Assembly (NCBI GenBank): GCA_013265495.1
Contig: MU057809.1
Coordinates: 1,169,062 to 1,233,061, forward strand
From: Vicugna vicugna
Taxonomy: Eukaryota
DNA: 64,000 nt
Reading direction: 5' to 3'
Below, one piece after another: positions 42,601 to 48,707 of the stretch. Each line of letters begins with the position of its first letter. Position 1 is the stretch's first letter. A program made the translations under genes and the position numbers. A model generated the notes under the pieces. That model did no database searches, had not been told where the DNA came from, and saw nothing but the letters and a program-made list of their open reading frames with translations.

Positions 42601-45600
42601 GGTGTGGGACCATGTCTGCGTGGGGGAGGCGGAGCCCCGGGTTCACACGGTGACAGTCTTCCCCGAGGGGGCTGCCTTGTCGCCGTCCGCCGGTCAGACA
42701 GACCCAGGGAGACGAGACAGCAGGCTGCCCCCGGGCGCCGTCTGCCAGAGCCCCTGTCTGCCTCTGCCGGCCAGCCCCCGGGCCGCGCTGGGCACACAGT
42801 GGGCGCTGCTGATTCAAGCAGAAATGGCCCTGGTCACCACTCAGTGGAACCAAAGGTGGGACAGTGGCAGGGAGCAGAAGGTGGGTGTACTAATCAGGGT
42901 TTTCGCAAGAAACAGAACCAAAAGAAAATGTGTGTGTGTCTACACGCACGCCAGCCAGCAAGCTGGACATCCGTGGGAGCCGAAGTTTCAGTTCAAGTCC
43001 AAAGGCAGGAAAAAGCCGATGTCCCAGCTGAAGGCAGCCAGGCAGGGAGGGTCTCTCTCACTCACAGGAGAGTCAGCCTTTTTTGTTCTATTTGAGCCGT
43101 CAGCTGATTGGGTGAGGTCCACCTCATTGGGGAGAGCAATCTGCTTCACCCAGTCTATGGATTTAAAGGTTAACCATCACAGGGGGTTTAGGTGAGAACT
43201 AAACCATGGGGGCAGGTGATTGAGAAGGGAAAAGGAGGGGGCAAAAAGCCAGGAGACCATCATTCGTTCATTCATTCACTGCTCTTTGGGGGTCGAAGGT
43301 GAATGTCAGCAGCAGTTCTGACCGTCGTGTTCACCGAGGTACCCACGTGCCTGCAGGGGTCTGGCACGTGTAGGTGTTTAACAATCAGCACGTGGCTTCA
43401 GCTCAGAGTGACCCTGACTTTTCATTCCGCCCCCATTTGCTCCCCACGCCCTGTGACTTTTCCCCTGCAGGTGACGGAGAAACTTCAGCCGCCCTCGGCC
43501 GAGCACATGGCTGAGAGCCAGCTGCCCTCCGCACTCCTTCCGCCGTCCAAGTCCTCGGGAAAGAGCATTTTCCCTGCGGTGCCTGCAGCCTCGAAGACAA
43601 AACCCAGCCTCAGTGTCCATGCAGGTACAGGGTCGAAAAAGGAAAAGAGAACGGTGAGATGTTTCTTCCGTATCTTAAGACTCCGCCCGTTCTCCCACGT
43701 GTAAATCTTTGGAAGGCGAGACAGTCTGGCCTGCTATCAGCTGCCTGTTCCTTGGTGTGCGTGCGTTTCAGGTTCCTTGGGCAGTGAGCCAGCCAAAGCC
43801 ACTGGCTGTGTGAACAGACATACTTGCAGGAGTGCTTCGTTTGGCCTCTGGCCTGCCTGACATATCAGTAGAGTTTAAGGAAACGATTGAAATTGGGCAC
43901 ATACGGCTGGCTGCCCATACTCAGTCCTGACCCTTGGCCCCTACGACTCCTTACAGTGCAGGTTTGAATCCAGCCTCCTGTGGTGGTGGCTGTTACAAAG
44001 CAACATACACTCATTGTGAAGACTTTGGAATACAGACAAAATTATAAGTAGCAAACCGCTCGTCCGCCCGCCACCCCATCCCTGTGAGACAGCGTCCTTG
44101 CAGGGGCACTGTGCCATGAACATCTGCCCCCTACCAGGGATGTGAGGGTGGTGTCCAGGTTACCAGAGTTGTGGCAGCAGGCCCGTGGATGTCCGGGCTC
44201 CTCGGAGGGGGCACACCAGCTGTTCCTGACCTGCAGCCAGAGGGGTGAGGCGCAGAGACCGAGCGTTCAGGGAGGAGCCCGCGGGCGATGAGACAGCACC
44301 CTGACTTGTCAACAGCCTGGACTCTTCCCGGTTTCATTTAACTTTCCCAGTGATTTGGTTTTTTTATATTCGCAAAAGTATCAGCCCAATATAGACTGAA
44401 AACCAGACAGGCAAGCTCTTGGGCGGTCGAGAGCCTTGGCCTCTATCGCTGGTTATATGATAGCAGCTCACAGGTACTGAGCACCTACTATGTGCTGGGC
44501 CTTCCCTCAGGGAACGACTGTTATCCCCATGATACAGATGAGTAAACTGAGGCACAGAGGAGTTAAGGAATTTACCCAAGTGGAAGAGTCGGGGTTCAAT
44601 GTCAGATAGGCTGGTCCCTGGGTAGGCTCCTAACCCTGCTTCCAGACGTCTTTTCCTTATTTTGTTTTATTAAGAGTATTCTTAGTGGGCCAAAGGGCGG
44701 GTGCATTTTTAGGGTGCTGGATACCACAGTTCAAAGACAGCGGAGGCAGTGTACACACTCTCTGTCTTGCTGGCAGATGTGCGCCTTGGCACAACCGGAT
44801 TCATATACACGTCTTCAAGGGCTTTTCAGAAGTTCAGTCTTGACAAAATTCAGATTTATTTGTGATTTCTCAACTCAGCTTCTGCAATTGCCAGAAACCA
44901 CACAGGCCTGCAGTAGCACCTAAGAAACTGAAAACCACCGAAAGTGTTCTTTATTCTTACAGAATTTTTTGCTTCCCAAAGTGTTTAATTTTGTGTGTGT
45001 GTTTAGATGGTCATAGAACAATAAAACGTCACAGAGAAGGGTCCCAGTGCAGGCGGCTGGGCCAGCTGTCCACCCCTCCCTCCCCGCAGGTTCTCCACCT
45101 GGAGGAGGTGGGGACGCAGCACCTGCCTGGGGGAGGGGAGCCACAGGAAGTAACAGGTATGGTGCTGAGAGGGGACTGGATTTCACTGCTAAGCCAGGAG
45201 GCTGAGTATCCCGGGGCCACCCCTCCCTCACTCCAGTCGCTGGGGATGGTGTTTATATCTCCTCTGGAGATAAGCCCCTTGGAATGAGTTTGTATAGATG
45301 ATTTTAAAAAGGAGTTTGCTTTCCCAGCGTTTTGTGCTGAAATTCCTGACATACAGAAGCAGAGTCAGCGTCAGAGCCTCCGGGGCAGCCGGCGTCGCCT
45401 GCAGTACTTTGGAGATTTTGTTTTGAGGTCTTTGCACATTCTCATTGTTGGTGTGTTATCTGCTTTCCTGGAGGTATTTCAAGAAAACCCTGGATCATGT
45501 CGCTTCACCCATAAGTATTTCACGAGCTCTTGCTAATGGACAAGAGTGTTTGCTGCACTTCACAGCTAGAGAACTTCAGAGCAATTCCCCAGTATCATCT

Positions 45601-48002
45601 GGTGCCCAGTCCACACCCAGGAGAGATCAGCCTTTGTCAGTGAGAACCAGTACTGGCCCTCTCAGGTGGCCGGAGAGGGCCCACGTCCCGTCTTTGCTGG
45701 GACCAGGCTGAGCCCGCTGCAGGGAGGGGCCGAGCCCTCCTTCCTGGGACCCCCTTCTCTCAACTGTGTCTGCAGAGGCCCCGTTGGGGGCAGAGGTTCT
45801 CAGCTCTACAACTATGTGTTCCTGTGATGGAAAAGTCGATGATCCTTCAAGATCCGTAGCCCAAGTGGTTCAGACGGGTAAACTGAGGCCTGGAGAGGGG
45901 AAGTGAGATCTCTGGGATCACAATGTGCATTGGTGGCACAGCCGGGATTGGGGCCTCCAGGTCCCTCTCTCTGAGCCTGCTCCCTCTTTTTGGAGAAAGA
46001 ACACATTTAGACTTGACAGGTGGGCAGTGAGGGCCTGCAGGTCACGGAGGTGCACCGGGTACCCCCCTTCTCTGGCGGGGCCGTGCAGGACAGTGTGAAA
46101 ACAGGCCTTCCCAGCACACACTCATTGTTTGCAGAGGCCGGGGCTCCCCCGGCTGAGAGGTCCAGGGGCTCCCATTGTTCACAGCGAGGGCCCTGGTGGG
46201 TCTTGTGTCCAGGGGTGCAGTGCTGAGCCACAGCCCACACGTCCGAGAGGAGGGGGAGGAGCCCACACTTACAGGCCAGCAGATGCGGGGGGTGGGGTGC
46301 CGGTGCACCGCCTCACTCATCACCCACAACAGCCCGCCCAAACGGGTGCCGATTTCACAGAGTGATCAATGCAGAGCGGAGGGGAGGTCGGGGCTCGCAG
46401 GGCAGCCCAGCCCGGCTCCTGGTCTCCCTGGGTGTTCCCGCACCTTCTCTATCTGTCCCATCCTGGGCCAAGGGCAGGACAGTCTCCCCTTATGTCCACC
46501 CAGCTCGTTCGGGGAGGGGAAACCATTCTAAAACCCTCCTGAAAAGTGGTTCAGTTCCTCTACATGAGGAATTCCTTCCCCCTGATTAAGAGCAACTTAT
46601 TAACATCCAGAACAGCTTAGAACTTTCCTTCCTATGGCAGAGATCACAGACCAAACCAGCCCCGAGTGTGGGAGAGCCCGGCTGACCAGCAGCACATTTT
46701 CAGATAATGTGAAAAGCCAGATTGCACACAAAATTCCAAAGTCCGGCTTCTTTTACAAGAGGAAGGTCTGGAGACAGACAGCTCCCTCCTCCCCACCTTC
46801 AGATCCTGACTCAGCACTGCTGTCCCCGCCAGGCGCCATTTCTAACTGGGCCCACAGCGCGGGTCCCCAGTGAGAGGACTGCAGCTGGAGCTCACGTTTT
46901 TGTTCACTGTCTTCCCGCCAAGTCGGGGGCTCCGTGCGCGCAGGGATGTTTGTGGGTCTCAGCCACCGCCATGTGCCCAATAATTACAGCAGACGCTCCG
47001 TAAACAGCAGTCAAAGGGGGAGGGGACAGCTCAGCAGAAGGGCACGTGCTTAGCATGCACGAGGTCCCGGGTTCAATCCCCAGTGTCTCCATTAAGAAGA
47101 AATAAAAATTAATTTTAAGAAATGTTTTAAAAAACTAATCACCTCCCTCCACCAAAAAATAAAAATAAAAATAAATAAATAGGAGTTGAGTGGGTGAATG
47201 AGTGAATGAGTGGGGGTGACCTTGTGCAGGTTGGGGGGAGGCAGGCCCCGCCCCACCCCTGGAAGAGACCCGTTTCTCTCCCCCAAACCCCCTCTTTGCT
47301 TCTCTTCCTGTTTGATGACGATGTCGGGTTAAGCTGCTCTATCAGCCCAGGAAGTGCTCTCACCGCCACGGCCATGTCCTGCGGCTCAGAGCAAGGAGGG
47401 AGCAGACGGAAGGAGGCAAGAGCTTGGCTGAGGCGAAGGGAGAGGAACCAAAGCCAGAGGAGGGGCCAGTTCTAGAAAGGTCAGACTCAGACAGGGGCTC
47501 TCGTGAAAACAGCCACCACTGGCTGGGGGCGCACAGGCCCTGCGACTTCCGGAGAGAGCAGCAGGGTGGGTCCTGATCTGGCACGTCACCCAGTCCTCAC
47601 CCGTTTACCCCCAGGACTCCTTGGAGGACCCCTGGAAATCTCAGCGTTCCTTCCCTCCTGTTCACTGTCCAGATGAGGCCGCGCCCCGCAGGCCGGAGGT
47701 CAGCCGCTCCTTCCCCAGCGCCACCCGGGAGAGCAGCAGCGAGGCTCCCCTCCTGCCCCGGGGCATCCGAGGTGAGCCCGCCTCCCCGCCCATACCCCCT
47801 GTGCATCCTCCCGGTCAGGTCAGGTCGGGGACAGAGCCGGGCCCCCGGACCTGCCCAGGCGTCCCCGGCCCCGCACCCACTGGGGGAAGGACAGCGTAGG
47901 ACTCGGCCTCGGCCCTGACCCTCACCGCTCGTCCCCACGCTGACGAGGCTGTGTCCCTCAGACGAGACCGCTCGCAGCGACCCTCCCCAGAGCGGGCCGT
48001 GA
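9567..48002 (+). CDS. KIF19B: Kinesin-8 family KIF19-like motor protein (probable KIF19B), 22-exon model of ~1066 aa
   Basis: join(9567-9653,10591-10671,12436-12546,13764-13851,14773-14909,15100-15225,16202-16396,19357-19509,20108-20230,21972-22122,28947-29124,30213-30396,33319-33589,35460-35581,37233-37357,39618-39726,41506-41892,43471-43653,45090-45156,46641-46765,47615-47771,47962-48002) = 3201 nt, all GT-AG and phase-compatible. P-loop GPSGAGKT, switch I SSRSH, switch II DLAGSE, plus a KIF19-type stalk. The B-paralog assignment rests on recalled synteny with EIF3B. Confidence 0.85.
10591..10671 (+). CDS. KIF19B: KIF19-like exon 2 ([27 protein letters not shown])
   Basis: Kinesin VxxRxRP motif; cacAG / CAG|GTGAGG. 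Confidence 0.92.
12436..12546 (+). CDS. KIF19B: KIF19-like exon 3, loop 2 ([37 protein letters not shown])
   Basis: FxFDxVF motif; cccAG / CAG|GTGCCC. Confidence 0.92.
13764..13851 (+). CDS. KIF19B: KIF19-like exon 4 ([29 protein letters not shown])
   Basis: [10 protein letters not shown] kinesin motif; cgcAG / G|GTACCA. Confidence 0.93.
14025..14120. mobile_element. MIR SINE remnant
   Basis: cagatgagaaaactgag...cccaaggtcacacagctggtagg MIR core. Confidence 0.7.
14773..14909 (+). CDS. KIF19B: KIF19-like exon 5 ([46 protein letters not shown])
   Basis: P-loop GKT; cgcAG / GAG|GTGAGC. Confidence 0.93.
15100..15225 (+). CDS. KIF19B: KIF19-like exon 6 ([42 protein letters not shown])
   Basis: IYNExIRDLL motif; tgcAG / GAG|GTGAGG. 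Confidence 0.93.
16202..16396 (+). CDS. KIF19B: KIF19-like exon 7 ([32 protein letters not shown]...[14 protein letters not shown])
   Basis: Switch I and switch II motifs; ctcAG / CAG|GTTCCT. Confidence 0.93.
17427..17908. mobile_element. LTR-type element copy 1 (TG...CA), contains the assembly gap
   Basis: Similar along its length to 32734-33183; ends catggttgataca. Confidence 0.6.
17502..17583. other. Assembly gap (82 N)
   Basis: Run of N. Confidence 1.
19357..19509 (+). CDS. KIF19B: KIF19-like exon 8 ([51 protein letters not shown])
   Basis: INxSLLALG and RDSKLTRLL motifs; cgcAG / AAG|GTATGA. Confidence 0.94.
20108..20230 (+). CDS. KIF19B: KIF19-like exon 9 ([41 protein letters not shown])
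   Basis: LGGNSRT and RAKNI at the motor end; gagcAG / AGG|GTGAGG. Confidence 0.94.
20270..20540. mobile_element. MLT1 (ERVL-MaLR) LTR fragment
   Basis: gatctcatctcaagatccctaattacatctgcaaagaccc typical MLT1 text, also seen at ~40170. Confidence 0.55.
21520..21860 (-). mobile_element. Old L1M 3'-end fragment
   Basis: ttaaccattttaaatgtgacagttcagtggcatt...gtggaatcacag...tctggtttatttc. Confidence 0.65.
21972..22122 (+). CDS. KIF19B: KIF19-like exon 10, neck coil ([50 protein letters not shown])
   Basis: VSYHIAQYT matches the KIF19 neck; cccAG / CAG|GTACGG (alternative donor after 22095). Confidence 0.88.
22401..22518 (+). mobile_element. tRNA-derived SINE (Vic-1-like)
   Basis: ggggaagggtacagctcagtggtagagc A-box head, degenerate B box, ctccattaaaataaat tail. 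Confidence 0.75.
22900..23122 (+). mobile_element. 5'-truncated L1 3' end with poly(A)
   Basis: aaggtcctactgt..agcacagggaactacattcaa...ataactgaatcac...caactatacttcaattaaaaaaa. Confidence 0.75.
23130..23253 (+). mobile_element. tRNA-derived SINE (Vic-1-like)
   Basis: ggggagggtgttgctcaagtggtagag...ggttcaatcccc (B box)...aataaacctaattatctccc, A tail, aacctgt target-site duplication. Confidence 0.85.
25900..26042. repeat. Imperfect GC-rich local repeat (3x GCACTGCCTTC core)
   Basis: gggccgcgggcactgccttc-type unit at ~25910, ~25980 and ~26022. Confidence 0.65.
26190..27345 (-). mobile_element. Degraded L1 ORF2 fragment (region leading into the reverse transcriptase)
   Basis: Minus-strand translation [60 protein letters not shown]...[10 protein letters not shown]. 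Confidence 0.9.
28645..28832. repeat. (CCAT)n-type simple repeat
   Basis: catccatccatc runs. Confidence 0.9.
28947..29124 (+). CDS. KIF19B: KIF19-like exon 11 (...[45 protein letters not shown])
   Basis: LLELEN and [11 protein letters not shown] match the KIF19 stalk; cccAG / GA|GTGAGC. Confidence 0.9.
30213..30396 (+). CDS. KIF19B: KIF19-like exon 12 (DWERERTHH...[26 protein letters not shown])
   Basis: Phase 2 in, phase 0 out; EPxEVxxARE resembles KIF19; tgcAG / AAG|GTAGGG. Confidence 0.85.
31890..32390. mobile_element. MLT2 (ERVL) LTR remnant with internal (GT)n
   Basis: ggattctgcctcaagactg...cctgcctgagtttcca...tctcctgttgcttctgtctctccggagccctgact. Confidence 0.55.
32734..33183. mobile_element. 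LTR-type element copy 2 (TG...CA)
   Basis: Similar to 17427-17908; ends catggttaatgca. Confidence 0.6.
33319..33589 (+). CDS. KIF19B: KIF19-like exon 13 ([51 protein letters not shown]...[14 protein letters not shown])
   Basis: [20 protein letters not shown] is a KIF19 signature; gccAG / G|GTGAGC. Confidence 0.92.
34102..34365. repeat. (CAC/CAT)n trinucleotide low-complexity repeat
   Basis: catcaccaccatcacc... about 260 bp. Confidence 0.95.
34605..35105 (-). mobile_element. Old L1M 3'-end fragment
   Basis: aattgaggtaaaattt...tgtggccttttgtgtctggcttctt...tgagtatacacctaggagtgg. Confidence 0.7.
35114..35201 (-). mobile_element. tRNA-derived SINE (Vic-1-like), short
   Basis: tggaggtgctgggagtataacccaggacctcacgcacgctaagcacacgctctacctctgagct. 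Confidence 0.75.
35460..35581 (+). CDS. KIF19B: KIF19-like exon 14 ([41 protein letters not shown])
   Basis: Phase 1/0; AVP...Y..EL pattern like KIF19; tgcAG / CAG|GTGAGT. Confidence 0.85.
36520..36990 (-). mobile_element. Old L1M 3'-end fragment
   Basis: ggaatcacagtgtctgtcc...ttccacctttgggctgttgtgaataaggctgct...gggattgctgggtcctatgg. Confidence 0.7.
37233..37357 (+). CDS. KIF19B: KIF19-like exon 15 ([41 protein letters not shown])
   Basis: DSS...LPP pattern like KIF19; cccAG / AG|GTAAGG. Confidence 0.78.
38040..38205. repeat. Degenerate (GT/GC/AT)n purine-pyrimidine repeat
   Basis: gtgtgcacgtgtgtacaagtgtgtgcacatg... Confidence 0.8.
39618..39726 (+). CDS. KIF19B: KIF19-like exon 16 ([37 protein letters not shown])
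   Basis: Phase 2 in, phase 0 out, needed to bridge exons 15 and 17; ccctcAG / GAG|GTTGGT. Confidence 0.65.
39865..40270. mobile_element. MLT1 (ERVL-MaLR) LTR
   Basis: gttctggaggccaagccc...cttaattacatctgcaaagaccct...tggatttgggggacaccattca. Confidence 0.7.
41506..41892 (+). CDS. KIF19B: KIF19-like exon 17 (KSSSLNVSS...[21 protein letters not shown]...[20 protein letters not shown])
   Basis: [13 protein letters not shown] resembles the KIF19 tail motif TKCIWVKAARRRS; cccgcAG / CCG|GTGGGT. Confidence 0.7.
42505..42568. repeat. 27-bp tandem duplication (2 perfect copies plus a partial)
   Basis: TGAGCAAAAGTCTCAGGGAAACAGGAT x2, then TAAGCAAAAG. Confidence 0.9.
42885..43180. mobile_element. MLT2-like LTR fragment
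   Basis: aggcaggaaaaagccgatgtcccagctgaaggcag...gattgggtgaggtccacc...aatctgcttcacccagtcta. Confidence 0.6.
43471..43653 (+). CDS. KIF19B: KIF19-like exon 18 ([19 protein letters not shown]...[14 protein letters not shown])
   Basis: Strong ttttcccctgcAG acceptor; ACG|GTGAGA donor in phase 0 (alternative phase-1 donor after 43624). Confidence 0.55.
44470..44635. mobile_element. MIR SINE remnant
   Basis: tactgagcacctactatgtgc...cagatgagtaaactgaggcacagaggagttaagg. Confidence 0.7.
45090..45156 (+). CDS. Candidate KIF19-like exon 19 ([22 protein letters not shown])
   Basis: cctccctccccgcAG / CAG|GTATGG, phase 0/1; supported only by splice signals and phase. Confidence 0.45.
46641..46765 (+). CDS. 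Candidate KIF19-like exon 20 ([42 protein letters not shown])
   Basis: tttccttcctatggcAG / AAG|GTCTGG, phase 1/0. Confidence 0.45.
47016..47180 (+). mobile_element. tRNA-derived SINE (Vic-1-like)
   Basis: ggggaggggacagctcag...gcttagcatgcacgaggtcccgggttcaatcccc...ctaatcacctccc, A-rich tail. Confidence 0.8.
47615..47771 (+). CDS. Candidate KIF19-like exon 21 ([52 protein letters not shown])
   Basis: tttacccccAG / GAG|GTGAGC, phase 0/1. Confidence 0.45.
47962..48002 (+). CDS. Candidate terminal coding exon 22 ([13 protein letters not shown])
   Basis: gtgtccctcAG acceptor, phase 1, TGA at 48000-48002; no canonical AATAAA nearby. Confidence 0.35.
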
Positions 48003-48479
48003 CAGTGGAGCCTGTGCATCAGACGTGACCAGTCGACTGCCCCTCACCCACGAGGGAAGGGCAGCCGAGCACCCAACCTCGGACCTGAGCAACCACCACG
48101 CGTCTCCTCACCCTGGGAGGCTGTCCCTTCAGGGCACGTGTCCCCCACACCAGGTCCCGCTCCACAAGCTCCCTCCCCTTGGGGGCTGTGCCCGCAGTGC
48201 CTCTTCTCCTGTGCATGCCGGGACAGCAGGGCACGTGCCCAGATGTGACCGCACCTCGTTCTGGGCTCGGTGGCCCTCTCGGTCCCTGACTACTCAACTG
48301 GACTACAGGGCCTAGATCGTGACCAACCCTTCCACCCATGTTCTCTCTCTCGGGAGCAGGTTTGCTGCTCTGTTCAAGTAACTTCTTGCCAACCCTCTTC
48401 CCAGAAATGTGTAATTCTGCACATTCATTAGCCTTATGATGAAGTGACAAGTTTACTGTAAAATTGTCCTGTCCTGTGT

Positions 48480-48707
48480 ATTTTGGGTGGGGAGAGGCAA
48501 TTAGGTTTATTTATTAATTTGGAGTAAAAGTAGATTTATTCAGAGAGATACATGCTCCATAGACAGAGTGCAGGCCATCTCGGACGGCAAGAGAAACAGC
48601 CAGCTTTACTTATTCATGTGTTTATTTTTTTAACAGCAGTGCTGGGGACTAAACGCAGGGCTCGTGCGTGCTAAGCATGCGCTCTACCCCTGAGCCATAC
48701 CCTCCCC
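48480..48707 (-). mobile_element. tRNA-derived SINE (Vic-1-like) interrupted by an ~80-bp insert
   Basis: Tail aattaggtttatttatt at ~48500; head gtgctaagcatgcgctctacccctgagccataccctcccc at ~48670. Confidence 0.7.

Noticed and set aside
43957..43961. 5-nt microexon TGCAG to fix the phase between 43624 and 45090
   Set aside because: Weak donor (GTTTGA) and unnecessary given the phase-0 donor after 43653
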